From: Candidatus Poribacteria bacterium
GTDB lineage: Bacteria; Poribacteria; WGA-4E; PCPOR2b
Direction: 5' to 3'
Assembly: GCA_965215015.1 (NCBI GenBank)
Contig: OZ244042.1
Coordinates: 288,001 to 352,000, forward strand
Length of the DNA stretch: 64,000 bases
Shown piece after piece: positions 29,662 to 42,182 of this stretch. Both the position numbers and the translations under genes were made by a program. A model generated the notes under the pieces. That model was given only the letters and a program-made list of their open reading frames with translations, made no database searches and was not told the DNA's origin. The first letter of the stretch is position 1; the number at the start of each line of letters is the position of its first letter.

Positions 29662-31050
29662 ATGTCGAACGCCGATTTTGCTTTAACCGCCCATCTGATG
29701 CGTCGTGCAGGGTTTGGCACGACCTTAACAGAGTTAGAGGAATACGTCAAGAAGGGCTACGAAAATGTTGTTGAAGACTTAGTAGACCCAGAACGTTGCC
29801 CGCCGGTCGACGAGGATATTTTGGATCGTTGCTTCGGCGGTTCTGAGGGAGGGTATAGGACAACGTGGATGTTTCGTATGATTAATAGTCCACGACCTCT
29901 CGAAGAAAAAATGGCACTTTTCTGGCACCATGTGTTCGCCACGGGTGTTGCGAAAAATCAGCATATTCTTTCTTCTGCCCTCCAGATTGATACGTTCCGG
30001 CGCGTGGGGCTTGCAAATATGCGAGAGATTTTGCTCGCGCTATCGAAAGATCCAGCGATGATTTTCTGGCTTGACAATAACGAGAACCGGAAAGGCGAAC
30101 CGAATGAGAACTACGGCAGGGAGTTATTAGAACTGTTCTCAATGGGCGTCGGTAATTACACAGAGGACGATATTAAGGATTGTTCACGCGCCTTTACAGG
30201 ATGGACATTCACCCAACCGGCGCCCTTGTACCCCCAAGGTTACTACCCTGCACACTTTGTGTTCATTGAAGAGGAACATGACAATGGCGAAAAGACGTTC
30301 TTGGGGCATACAGGTAATCTTAACGGTGATGATATAATCAACATCATCGTGAAGCAGCCGGCCTGCGCGAAGTTCATATCCAGACACCTTTACAACTTCT
30401 TCGTCGCGGACGAACCGCAGGTCCCGTCTTGGAACGTGACCCCTCCACAAGACCCAGACGCGATTGATACGCTGTCGAACGCTTTCTTGGATTCGGATGG
30501 GGATATGCCCCACATACTCAGAACGCTCTTCAACTCCGATTTCTTCAAGGAAGCACGATTCAAAAAGGTTAAGAGTCCTACAGAGCTTGTCACAGGTATC
30601 CTGAAGCTGGTAAGGACGTATCAGAGGCCCGAACCGGGCATGGGGAAATATCCGGCTGCCACCGCTTTGATGGGGCAGGAGTTATTGAATCCCCCAACTG
30701 TAGAAGGTTGGCACACCGGTAAAGAATGGATTGATGGCGGTACGCTTACCGAGCGCATTAACTTCTCCGTCGGTGAGGTCAGCGATTCCCAAAAGCCGGG
30801 TATCGAGCAAATCATCAGTCGGCTTAAAGCGGATGGGAGCCCTCTCTCTCCCGACGAGTTTGTGGATAAATGCCTCGAACTAGTGGGACCACTAGAGGTC
30901 GGTGATACGACGCGTGAGTCTTTGACCCGGTTTGCAGCGTCTCAGGGCGAGCTCGACATAGGTGCTGACGACACTGCGGAAGAGAACAAGGCTCGAGTGG
31001 TGCGTATGCTACAGTTGATTGTATCTTCGAGAGAGTATCAGTTTGCCTAA
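29662..31050 (+). CDS. DUF1800 family protein
   Basis: AHLMRRAGFG, EKMALFWHHVFAT, PNENYGRELLELFSMG, PPTVEGW. Confidence 0.92.
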   Translation: MSNADFALTAHLMRRAGFGTTLTELEEYVKKGYENVVEDLVDPERCPPVDEDILDRCFGGSEGGYRTTWMFRMINSPRPLEEKMALFWHHVFATGVAKNQHILSSALQIDTFRRVGLANMREILLALSKDPAMIFWLDNNENRKGEPNENYGRELLELFSMGVGNYTEDDIKDCSRAFTGWTFTQPAPLYPQGYYPAHFVFIEEEHDNGEKTFLGHTGNLNGDDIINIIVKQPACAKFISRHLYNFFVADEPQVPSWNVTPPQDPDAIDTLSNAFLDSDGDMPHILRTLFNSDFFKEARFKKVKSPTELVTGILKLVRTYQRPEPGMGKYPAATALMGQELLNPPTVEGWHTGKEWIDGGTLTERINFSVGEVSDSQKPGIEQIISRLKADGSPLSPDEFVDKCLELVGPLEVGDTTRESLTRFAASQGELDIGADDTAEENKARVVRMLQLIVSSREYQFA

Positions 31051-31142
31051 TTGGGTTCATTAGTGAACCAATTTTTTCACGCACACGTTTCAGGTTCTAT
31101 ACGCCGCAGGGCCGCATTCCCTGCGGGGAAGGAGTAGATCAC

Positions 31143-32282
31143 ATGGCTGTCAGTAAGAAAGATCCTGTCCTTGTCGTTGTCGAACTGAAGGGTGGCAACG
31201 ACTTTATGAATACAATTATCCCCTATACCGCGGGCGTGTATTACGATTCACGGCCAGTAGTAGGGCTCAAGGAGGAAGAAGTTCTCCCTCTCAACGATAC
31301 TTTAGCGTGGAACCCGAATATCGAACCCCTGAAGGATATGTACGACCAAGGCGATGTAGCCATTGTTCAGGGTATCGGTTATCCCGATTCCAGCCGTTCC
31401 CATTTCCGGGCGATGGATGTATGGCACACCTGCGAACCGATAGAAATCGGCTCAGAGGGGTGGGTCGGTCGAGTGATTCGGGAACTTGACCCCAATGGAG
31501 AGAACGTTTTAACGGGCGTCTCCTTCGGCAAGGGACTGCCGAGAGCACTCGCCCTCTCCGGCGTACCGGCTACCTCTATCGATAACCTTGACACCTACGG
31601 GTTGATGACCGATATCGAGGCAGACCCGCAGCGACTCCAAGCCCTGGAGATATTCAAGGAAATGTATAGTCCCGCTATCGGCACCGGTATTGTAATGGAT
31701 TACCTGTCGCAAACGGGACTTGATGTCATTAAAGGTTCTGATGCGCTGAAGAAAGCCCCAGCGATGTATACCTCTGAGGTTGAGTATGAGGAGAACCCAA
31801 TCGCCAAGAGCTTGCGGGACGTTGCGCGAGTGCATCTGGCCGACCTCGGAACGCGGGTCTTTTACACGCAGCACGGCGGCTATGACCACCATGCAAATGA
31901 GGTGCCATCGCATCCGAAGCTGCTCGCAGAGCTGTCCGGAGCGATTCGCGATTTCTTCAAGGATTTGCGCGACCACAACGCCTCCGATGAGGTGGTTATG
32001 CTCGTATTCTCAGAGTTCGGACGACGCATCAGGGACAACGCCAGCGGCACCGACCACGGCACAGGCGGAGGCGCGTTCATTGTTGGGGACCATGTCCAAG
32101 GAGGGCTATACGCAGAGTATCCATCCCTCGACCCCGCTCGATGGGCAAACGGCGAAGACCTTGAGCATACGATAGACTTCCGCGGCATATACGGAACGGT
32201 CCTTGAACAGTGGATGGGACTCGAACCCACCCCAATCGTAGATGGTACATTTGAACAGATCCATCCTTTTGGGAGCAAGTAA
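31143..32282 (+). CDS. DUF1501 family protein
   Basis: LKGGNDFMN, SRSHFRAMDVW, GGYDHHA, FSEFGRR, GTDHG. Confidence 0.92.
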   Translation: MAVSKKDPVLVVVELKGGNDFMNTIIPYTAGVYYDSRPVVGLKEEEVLPLNDTLAWNPNIEPLKDMYDQGDVAIVQGIGYPDSSRSHFRAMDVWHTCEPIEIGSEGWVGRVIRELDPNGENVLTGVSFGKGLPRALALSGVPATSIDNLDTYGLMTDIEADPQRLQALEIFKEMYSPAIGTGIVMDYLSQTGLDVIKGSDALKKAPAMYTSEVEYEENPIAKSLRDVARVHLADLGTRVFYTQHGGYDHHANEVPSHPKLLAELSGAIRDFFKDLRDHNASDEVVMLVFSEFGRRIRDNASGTDHGTGGGAFIVGDHVQGGLYAEYPSLDPARWANGEDLEHTIDFRGIYGTVLEQWMGLEPTPIVDGTFEQIHPFGSK

Positions 32283-32476
32283 GGCTTTGATGAGGCGAGG
32301 GGGCGAGTGTATGAGGAAGTGGAAAAACGAGCAGAATAAAACGCGAGGACGTTATGATACAATAAAAAATCCTTGCGTCTTTGTGCCTGTGCGTTAGATT
32401 TTCTGTCCGGTTTTCTTGTTTTTTCGCTTTCTCACATACTCGCTCATCCACCCACACAGATTTCAGGAGGTGAATC

Positions 32477-33472
32477 ATGGGTAGACCATACGGACTGCTA
32501 CGTGCAGGCTTCCCATTTTTCAAAACTGTAGGGATGCGGCGACACACCAACTTTCCTGTTGATGTTGCGCTTGGAAAGGGAAACAACCTGTACATATTGT
32601 GTCGAAGCGGCGACGCATCGATGATTAGAAAGTACACCGTAGATGAGGAGAACTTGGGCGAAATTGGCGGTGTAGCAACGTGGGGAGTTGCAATTATTGC
32701 TGACAATGAGGAGAATCTTTACATTTCTGATGAAGCGAAGCATTGTATTGCAGCGTTCAACACAGATGGTAAGCCCCTCAGCACTTGGGGGGAGTATGGC
32801 AACGGAGATGGACAACTCAATGCCCCTGCGGGTATCGCCTTCGATGCCGAAGAGAATATCTACGTTGCCGATAGTATGAACCACAGAGTCCAGAAGTTTA
32901 CCAAGGATGGCGAGTTTATCTCGAAGTGGGGCAGCTACGGCGATGGAGAGGGTGAATTTAATATGCCATGGGGCATCACTGTTGATGAGCTAGGAGATGT
33001 TTACGTCGTAGACTGGCGCAACGACAGGGTACAGAAGTTCAATGCTGAGGGGGAGTTTATCTTCGCATTCGGCAAGTCCGGTTGCGAGGATGGCGAGTTC
33101 AATAGACCCACTGACGTGGCGGTAGACAATCACGGCGATATTTACGTCGCTGACTGTGGAAATAACCGCGTACAACTGTTCAATTCCGAACCGAGGTACG
33201 TAGAAAAATTCCTAGGAGACGCAACACTCTCAAAAACCGCAATTGATTATATGATGACGAACGCTAGCCCCAATCGTATGAGGGATATGGCAAATCTTGA
33301 ACCACAGAAATTGTTGAGGCGTCCGACATCGGTGACAATCAATGGAGATGGACTACTGTTTATAGCGGACAACTGCTCATATCGAGTGCAAATCTACAAG
33401 AAGGAGGCCATTCCGTTAACAGAACAAGAGTTCGGTCCCCCGAGGCGGTCGCCGACACTCCACCAAGAGTAA
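32477..33472 (+). CDS. NHL-repeat beta-propeller protein
   Basis: Repeated GxGDGEFNxPxGIAxDxxGxIYVADxxNxRVQKF. Confidence 0.92.
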   Translation: MGRPYGLLRAGFPFFKTVGMRRHTNFPVDVALGKGNNLYILCRSGDASMIRKYTVDEENLGEIGGVATWGVAIIADNEENLYISDEAKHCIAAFNTDGKPLSTWGEYGNGDGQLNAPAGIAFDAEENIYVADSMNHRVQKFTKDGEFISKWGSYGDGEGEFNMPWGITVDELGDVYVVDWRNDRVQKFNAEGEFIFAFGKSGCEDGEFNRPTDVAVDNHGDIYVADCGNNRVQLFNSEPRYVEKFLGDATLSKTAIDYMMTNASPNRMRDMANLEPQKLLRRPTSVTINGDGLLFIADNCSYRVQIYKKEAIPLTEQEFGPPRRSPTLHQE

Positions 33473-33985
33473 TTTGAGGCACATGTTACAAAGAAAGTGC
33501 AAAACGCGAAGAAAAGCCGAGTCTTTTCTTAAAAATTTGGTTTCTGTTGAACCATTTCTTAACATGAGTCAGAAATAAAACGCAAGGACGCAAGGACGCA
33601 ATGAAAGACAAAGCGTCATAGCGTTAGATTGACTGTACGGCGGCACCTCCGCCCGTACCTGCCCAAAACTCGGCACCTGTTACACAGTTGTAGAGATTAA
33701 CGATTGTCAGCCCTTATGAATTAACCCTGATAAATTGCTATTACGAGGCATTGAAGCATAGGAGCATTTAGCTCTCCTGTAGAAGGAATTTCCGAATCCC
33801 GACCCATCGCTCAGGCAAGGAAAAAACCGAAAACTCAATGACCCTGATTGAAGCACTCAGCTGCAGTTAATTAGCTCTTAAATAATTCGACAATTCATCA
33901 TCGTAGTTCAGCGATGAATCGCCGAAAAACACATCTCTCGTCGCTCGGTGTATCCAGCGACTACAATCTAAAAGAGGTTTGAACG

Positions 33986-36900
33986 ATGTATAATTGGAAA
34001 TTAAGTGCACTTTTTGTTATCGGTTTGATGATGATTCTAGGAGTATTCAATAAAGCCGTGATGGCATCAGCAAATGACGGTCGGGGAACAGTAACGGTAG
34101 CTTGGTATGATCGGGACATAACAAGCGATACAATTGTTGGTGCTTCTAATACGGATACCCCTCTTAATGCTGGCAGTACACATAATATTCTGCAATTTAC
34201 CTACACAGCACAAGACAGTGATAATAACGCCATAAATATGGCTGGCGGGAGGGTCCAAATTAGGTTCCCCAGCGGTTGGAAAGTGTCTAATAAATTGATA
34301 CAAGTCCAGGATGGTAACGACGTAGTATACCAAACGGATAGCATGGGCAATCTTGATACCGACAATATCTTTATTGGCGAGGACCTTGATACCGATGAGA
34401 AGAAGGCCAAAGCAGATGCTACTGTGACATTTGAAGCCGACAGACGCATAACAGTCAACCTTAGCTCAGAGTGGAGCAGCTCAAGGAGCAACGCCGCCAG
34501 AGAACTTGTAATCATATTGAGTGATGTTACTGCCCCCATCCCTTCTCGCCTACCTGAAACTGATGATGAGAACGAAATCTATGTTGATTATGCAAATGAT
34601 TATGCTACGATTTCGTTCCAGTGCAGCTCCAGTGCCCGGAACGGCACACTGAGTCGGTTATCGGACACAGTTGAGGTCAAAGTTGGAAACATTTTGGGGA
34701 ATCGTGATTTGGCGACTGACCTCAATGAGGATGGGGAACCCGACGACCCTGAGACGCGGGACCCTCTCATAAGAGAGTTTAAGGTTACACCGGCGAGAGT
34801 ATTCACAGGAGATGAAAATATCTCCGTTCAAATTGTCTTTGAAGCCCCTGGGCCGATGTACGGTTCTGATCTCGACATAACCATTCCCCCCGCGCTCCAG
34901 GCAAGTCAGGCTAGTGATATTACAGTGTCAGGAAGAGGCGGTGCCACTATTGGTGATACGTCTAATATCACTGTCAACCCTACTATCCCCATTAATACGA
35001 TCGATAGGGGGCAGAGAGTTATTGTTTCATATCGAATAGCCACGGTTGGGGATGTTAGTGGTCATAGGGAATCCGTCACCGCGACGACAACACTTACGAG
35101 TACAGCGGGGGCAAAGGTCACAGGGGGAGTGGTAAGTGCAACAGCGGGGTCTGGAAGGATGGACATTTCGCCCACTTTTGTGGAGGCAAGTTCTCCGCGC
35201 AGAGATATTACCCTGACTTATACCGCGTATACCAAACTTGAGAACGTTGATATAGAGATTAATCCAGAGGGGATTGTTATAGATAGCAGCGACCAGGCAC
35301 TACAGAAAACTAGCTCTAGTGACTACGGTTATGTCTCTGGTTCCCGTAGCTCTGCTAATTTAGACGTTACAAACAATATAATTACTTGGGAGAATATCAC
35401 TCTTGAAAAAAATAAAACGTTGCGGACCACCATACGCAGGGTCAATATCTCACAGACAGCGGGCAACTATAGTTGGACAGTGAAGGTTGGACCAACCGGT
35501 GATACGCTTCAACCAATTGAGGACGATTTGATCACCAATGTTGATGAGCGCCCCGTCCTCTCCGTGGTGAGAACATCGGGGGACGCTGTTCGATTTGAAA
35601 TCGCTAGCAGCGAGAACATCTTCCCCGCCGGAAGTCAGGAAACAATCGTTTTCAGGTTTATAGCGGATTCCACCCCCATCCGGGATGGCAGGGTTTCGTT
35701 GATAATCCCCCCCGCCTTGGGCAGTGCCCCCACGACAGCGAAAGATACAGACGGGCGGGTGACCGCCACGAGTGATGGTACGCTTGCAGCGGATCAACCC
35801 ACCGTATCCGGGCGTACGGTCAACGTTGCAATCAAGCAGCTGGAGGTCGGTGAAACTGTAACAATCAAGTACGGTACCGATGAGGATGATAAAGCGAGTG
35901 AGAAGGCCGTGTTACATTATGCGGCAAATGATGCGGTCAGAGTTTCCGGCACTTTTCGTGTCTCATCAAGTGCGAGTACCCGGTCTGCAGGGTCCGTAAC
36001 GCTCAAACTGACCAACATCGCCGACGGCACGGGTTCTGCGACGCTAGTGCCGACCTCCATTGCAGCAGGCAGTAATAATCAGGCGATTGAGGTAGTGTTC
36101 ACCGCAGCCGGAACGATGAATGGGGGGCAGGTGAGTCTTGAAATTCCATCGGGGTGGGGGGCCATGCAGGAGGACCCCACAAAGCGTAACTATGTGACCG
36201 TTAGAGGTTCCGTATCCGCATTGGATGTCGGGAGCAGTAGAGCGATAGCGACGATTCGTACGCTTAGCAAGGGAGACAGCTTCCGATTTATCTATGGTGG
36301 TGGTACATCGAGTGTCAACAATGGGGTGGAGGTCCAGACCGGCATTGGGACTGCCCAATTCACGATTAAATCCGATGGGGATGGGGATGAAGTCTTCAAA
36401 CTAGTCACAAGCAATGTGGAGCACGAAGGCAGAGAAAAGATAAGAAATCCGAAAAAGCTGGGGCGGATTTATGCAGATGCCCCCGGTGTCTTACAAATTG
36501 AAGTGTCTGGCGCATTAGATGGCACGGGCATGGCAACCGTTAATCCCACAGAAGTTTCCGCTGCTGCGAACGATGTGCAGTTAGTATTTACCTACACACC
36601 GAGTCAGACTATTGTAGATGGTGCCCTGAGATTCACCGTTCCAGCAGGTTGGAGTAAACCTCAAGTGGATGAGTTGGGGAGTCCGGGGTATACCGAAGTG
36701 GATGGACTCGGGCTCGGCTCCTCCACGGATGATGATAAATCCTCTATCACCGTACCTATCTTTTCCCTCGACAACACACAGACCGTCAGAATCATCTACG
36801 GAGCGACTGACACCGGGCGTGCAGTTGCTGCCACCACGACGGGCACCAATTCATTCAGAATTGAGATTCAGGGACATGAAGGAGGGAGTCTTACAGCCAT

Positions 36901-39545
36901 TCAAAGGCAGCCCTCAGTGAGCGTCACAGGTCAAGGGAGTGGCGGAGGAAAAGCGATAATTACTGTGAGGCCCGTCAGTGGGGATACTTCCCTCTATGCC
37001 GGTGATACAAACCGTACGCTCACAATTGCTTATACCGCGGCGGGTCAAATGGTTGATGGCAGGATCCGCCTCACCATCCCTCCCGACTGGTCCGCGCCGA
37101 GTGCTAGCACCCTGATTGTCAGACCTTCAGCGTCCACCCGTTATGACGGTCGAATGGTGGTTGTCGAGGGTGTCAATTTGAATGCAAACAGTACAATGAA
37201 CTTCATCTATACCGGTGATGTGCAGCCAACGGTAGAAACAGATGTCACATTTGTTGTCGCGGTTCACAGCGGGCTTGCCGGAGATTCTTTCGCAGAGGTT
37301 TCGGGTGATGATACGATGCTCACGGTTGATGTCCAAGAGGCGAGACGGGGCTCCGGTTCAGGTGTAGTCACGCCAACGACTGTTAAAGCCGGGGCGACCG
37401 GGGTGAACCTCACCTTTACCTACACCGCGGTTGGTGAAATTTCTGGGCCGCGGGAGTTTCGCGTTCAAGTGCCCTCGAGTTGGACACCACCGAGTAACGC
37501 TGTAACCGCGCCTGAAAATAAGGGAACCTACAGGGTTGTGCATCGGCACGGTGGTGTAGAGACGAGGACAAGTGTGGAAAAACTCGCCCCGGTTGGCAGG
37601 GATATGGTTGCCCGTGTGAGATTGGGTGGGCTTGAGGTAGAGGCGGGAGATCAGATAATATTCACCTACGAGAATGCTGACGCACCTGCGGCCTCTGAAG
37701 TATCTGCTTTTAGGATAGTTTTTGATGGCCGGCAGATTCAAGACAACACGCAGGTGAGAGTCGGCACCGGCACCCCCCCCGCCCCCCGACGCCCCCGTAG
37801 TCCTCATTCTCACCGCTACGGTTGATAGGTCCATCGTGAAGGCAGGGGAGAGGGTAACCGTAACGGCCACCGGCACGGCAGGGCGGAGGGCTACCTTCTC
37901 GGTCGGCTCGGTTATCTCCAATGTCGCTATGAACGAGCTCCCGTCGGGGACATATACCGGCAGCTTTACTGTCGTTGACGACGTGCACGATGGGGTACAG
38001 ACTGTCACTGTCAATCTTGACGGGGCCCAAACAACGGCAGGGACTCTCACCATTGACACCGCCGAGCCAACCGTAACGGTTCAGGTCTCTCCTGCGAACG
38101 CTACCAATGGCGATACGGTTACCATCACCGCTACGGTGTCCGAGGCAGTGACTTCTGTAGAGGCGGATGTCTCCGCACTTGATACGACACAAACGGCACC
38201 GATTCGACTGACGCTATCCAATAGTACCTATAGTGGATCCTTCACTATCAGTAATGATAACCAAGCAGCCGATGGCCCGCAAACCATCACTGTAACAGCA
38301 ACAGACATCGCCGACAACAGCGGCATCGGGTCTACAACCGTGACCTTGACAAACATACTGAGATACACTTCAACGATATCGCCAGGAGTTAGCCTGCTCC
38401 ACGTGCCGTTGGATGTCGAAGGCCTCGACACCGTGGGTGATCTCCGCAGTATGCTTGGCAGTGCTGTCGCTCTGATAATTACCTATGATCCCGCTTCAGG
38501 GTCGTGGAATAGCCGTAGTAACGATGTGATAATTACAGCCGACCTCGGCATCATTGTTTCAATGATCTCCGAGAAGACAGTCACTTTCACAGGCGATGCG
38601 TGGGGGAACGGCACCTCGACGATAAGCCTCCACAGAGGAACAAATCTCATCGGGTTGCCCGTCAATGCTCCAGGGGTGACGAATGTCAGTGACATCATGG
38701 CTCTGTTTGGTAGGGGTGTAGTCACAAGCATGATTGTTTCGACAGGTCCCGGTCAATTCCACTCGGTCAGTCGAGCCGGAGCCCCAGGGGATATCCCCAT
38801 CATGGGGGATGTGGCATATCTTGTAACGGCGACCGCCAATAAGACCGTTACCCTCACGGGTACCGGTTGGCGTAATGGTGGCGCAGGTGCCGCGCCCATC
38901 CCGCTCGTTGGATACAAGGACGACAGCCAGACGCCTGTCCTGTCTGTTGAAGGTGCTGTCGTTGATGAAATCACCGGACTCGCAAAAGAGGGCTTCCGGG
39001 TCAAGGTGAAGAACCTATCAACAAAAGCATCACTCAGCAGCATCACCTCAGTCGAATCAGCAAATGGCTACAACATAACCTTTGTTAATCTGACCGACGG
39101 CTATACAGCACAGGTCGGAGATGTGCTGGAGGTTTCCGTTGATTCCCCAGATCCGCTAATTGGTGTCAAACCGGGGCACCACATCGTTACGGTTGATGAT
39201 GTGAAAAGTAGCCGTATCCAGTTGGAAGACCTCATCGCGTATGAGATTCCCGCGGAGACGCAGCTTCTGCGGAACTACCCGAATCCCTTCAATCCCGAAA
39301 CGTGGATTCCGTATCGTTTGGCAGAGGATGCCGACGTATCGTTGACCATTTACGATTCAAACGGAGGACTGGTCCGAACCATCCATGTGGGACATAAGAT
39401 CGCAGCAGTGTATGAGTCGAAAGCGAAAGCAATCTACTGGGATGGCCGTAACCGTTTCGGTGAACAAATTGCGAGCGGCGTGTACTTCTACAACCTGAGC
39501 GCAGGGGACTTCTCAGCCACCCGCAAGATGCTGATCCTGAAGTAG
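33986..39545 (+). CDS. Giant secreted Ig-like repeat protein with C-terminal FlgD/T9SS-like sorting domain, split by a frameshift at a poly-C tract
   Basis: ORFs 33986-37825 and 37836-39545 join in frame if one C is removed at 37773-37787; signal peptide; C-terminal NYPNPFNPETWIPY...YWDGRN...ASGVYFY...RKMLILK. Confidence 0.85.
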
Positions 39546-39703
39546 CCTCCGCAATAGTTCATTAGTTCATCAATTCATGAATCAACCGATGAACTAATGA
39601 ACAAATTGTTTTCATGCCGCCCGCCTCCTGTTTCACACATCACACCCACACCGTATACATCAAGTGATCTAAGATGCACCCACGCAACGACCAGTTTATA
39701 CCG

Positions 39704-40102
39704 CGGAGGTTGGGTTGAGCGGAACCGATGAAAAGCGTCAACATATTACCCAACGAGGCCGGGGGGGCTCTGATTGGAATTTTGTAAATTGAGTGAAACC
39801 CAACACTTGATCGTCGGTTAGATTGAGGCGTTGGGTTTCACTGTATCTATCTTAGGACTTACGCACGTATACACAAGTTTCCAACCTGTAATCGCCCGCA
39901 GAGCCCCGATGGATCAGGATTTCCGCTGCGCTGCAACCTGCCCTCGATTTTATCGGGGTCAGCAAACCTGCGCGACGATGGGGGATAATTCGACGTTCTG
40001 ACTACTAAACTGCGTAATCCCTTATAAAGTGCTGTTTTTGAAAGGTAAAACCTCTATTGTCTTTTATGGGTACTGGTGTCTAACCGTTCAACCCAACCTC
40101 CG
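39704..40102. mobile_element. REPIN-like element with a nested TIR element (39853-40023)
   Basis: CGGAGGTTGGGTTGAGCGG ... CCGTTCAACCCAACCTCCG inverted ends; inner GTGAAACCCAAC / GTTGGGTTTCAC pair. Confidence 0.7.
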
Positions 40103-40219
40103 TGATGTCAAATGTCAACAGAACCTACCAACTTCGGGTGGCTGGCTAACCGACCACAGATGGTCAGACGCTCTGCATCATCGAACCGTCCCGCATGAAC
40201 GCTGGTCAGTGAGAATGAT

Positions 40220-42133
40220 ATGTCTTTCAGAGCGATTGTCATCGGTCTCGCCTTGGTCATCATACAAACAGCGGTCACGCCGTATAATGACTATTATCTT
40301 CAAGGGACAGATATTTCCGGGAATCATTTCCCGTTGGGGGCGATATTTGTGCTGGTTGTCCTCACTTTAGGTATCAATCCCGCCCTCAAAAAGATAACGC
40401 CGAGAGCAGAGTTGAATCCCGGTGAATTGATGACCGTCTGGGTGATGCTAGTCGTCACTTCCGCTATTCCTTCCAAAGGGATGATGGGGTATCTACTTCC
40501 CTATCTGGTTGCACCACGCTATTTCGCTACGCCAGAAAACGAATGGGCTGATACGCTCTACCCCAACCTTCCAGAGTGGCTTGTGGTATGGGATAAACAA
40601 GCAGCCTCAGATTTCTACACTGGTGAAGTGTTTGTCCCATGGGTGGTGTGGGCAAAGCCACTTTTCGCTTGGACCATATTTATTATCGTTTTGTACTTCG
40701 TCACAATCTGTTTATCGGTCATTCTGCGGAAGCAGTGGGTTGAACACGAACGGTTCGTATTCCCGCTTGTTGCTGTCCCCGCCGAGATGGTTCAGCGTAC
40801 AAAGCCCAATACCTTGCTCAACGGCTTTTTCAAGAACAGAACAATGTGGATTGGATTCACAATTGCTGCCCTATTTCATCTGCTCAACGGCTCCCACGAA
40901 TACTTGCCCGCCCTGCCTCGCATTCCGAATCGCTACGACCTTTACGGACCATTCACCGAAAGACCGTGGGTCGTGATGCGCTGGTGGCCCCAACTCCGGT
41001 TATTCCTCTATTTCTCAGTTATCGGTATCACATATCTTCTTAGCCTGGAGGTTTCCTTTAGTTGCTGGTTCTTCTTCCTTTTCTTTAAAGCCCAATATAT
41101 GGCTATTAATGCTTTTTCCATCCCAATCAATCCCTGGATCTGTGCGCGGGGACAAACGATGGCGGTCTACGTAGTGCTTGCATTAGCGTTCATATACAAC
41201 AGCCGCAGCCATCTAAGGGATATACTGCAAAAGGCGTTTGCCGAAAGACACACAGCCAAAGCAATTGACGATTCCAACGAACCGCTCCCTTACAGATGGG
41301 CACTTCTGGGATTCGTTTTGGGATTTCTTCTATTGGGATTCCTCTGTGCCTACGCCGGGATGACGTTCTGGGTTGCGCTGAGTATTATCGCTTTTTTTCT
41401 CATCACCTCTACCGCCTTGACATGGATGGTCGTTAACGGTGGACTATTGCTCATCCAAGCTCCAATGTACCCCTCAGAATATTTCGAGACTACAGTCGGC
41501 ACGAGAATCATCGGAGCGAACAGTTGGAGCCTCTTGGGATTTCAACGGGTCATGATGCGCGATTGGGGTGGGATTTTGATGCCGAGTATTCTACACGGAT
41601 TCAAAGCCGCCGACCCTGTGCAACTCAATCGAAAGCGTCTATCTTGGGCGATCATGGTCGCCATTCTCTTTTCGATAGGTGTTTCCTATGTTGCGTCGTT
41701 ACCATTGATTTATGACAAAGGTGCGCTAAACTTACAACGCGGACCGTTCGTTGGGGCACCCAGATATTTTAATCACATAGCCTCGGTGATACAGTATCCA
41801 AAGGGACCAAAATGGGCTGAAATTTACAGCATGTTTGTCGGCACCGGAATTATCTCTTTTCTCCTTGTTATGCGCCATCAATTTATTTGGTGGAAGTTGC
41901 ATCCAATCGGCTATGTGATGGGGGCCGTCTATTCATCGTATTTTCTTTGGGCGTCAATGTTTATCGGTTGGCTGTTAAAGTATCTAATTATGAAGACCGG
42001 GGGGATTGGGAGTTACCGTAAACTCAGACCATTGTTCATAGGGTTGATTCTCGGCGAATATGGCATGGTCGGCTTGTGGATGGTCATCGGTATGTTTACA
42101 GGGGTAGACTATCGCGGCGCGTTGCCCGGGTAA
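40220..42133 (+). CDS. Multi-pass membrane protein, DUF6785/DUF6784 (OPT transporter-like)
   Basis: FATPENEW, LRKQWVEHERFVFPL, WWKLHPIGY, RKLRPLFIGLILGE. Confidence 0.8.
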   Translation: MSFRAIVIGLALVIIQTAVTPYNDYYLQGTDISGNHFPLGAIFVLVVLTLGINPALKKITPRAELNPGELMTVWVMLVVTSAIPSKGMMGYLLPYLVAPRYFATPENEWADTLYPNLPEWLVVWDKQAASDFYTGEVFVPWVVWAKPLFAWTIFIIVLYFVTICLSVILRKQWVEHERFVFPLVAVPAEMVQRTKPNTLLNGFFKNRTMWIGFTIAALFHLLNGSHEYLPALPRIPNRYDLYGPFTERPWVVMRWWPQLRLFLYFSVIGITYLLSLEVSFSCWFFFLFFKAQYMAINAFSIPINPWICARGQTMAVYVVLALAFIYNSRSHLRDILQKAFAERHTAKAIDDSNEPLPYRWALLGFVLGFLLLGFLCAYAGMTFWVALSIIAFFLITSTALTWMVVNGGLLLIQAPMYPSEYFETTVGTRIIGANSWSLLGFQRVMMRDWGGILMPSILHGFKAADPVQLNRKRLSWAIMVAILFSIGVSYVASLPLIYDKGALNLQRGPFVGAPRYFNHIASVIQYPKGPKWAEIYSMFVGTGIISFLLVMRHQFIWWKLHPIGYVMGAVYSSYFLWASMFIGWLLKYLIMKTGGIGSYRKLRPLFIGLILGEYGMVGLWMVIGMFTGVDYRGALPG

Positions 42134-42182
42134 TACGTTCCTCAAACGTCAAATAAATCTTCCGAAGGTTGCATCGGGCTTT

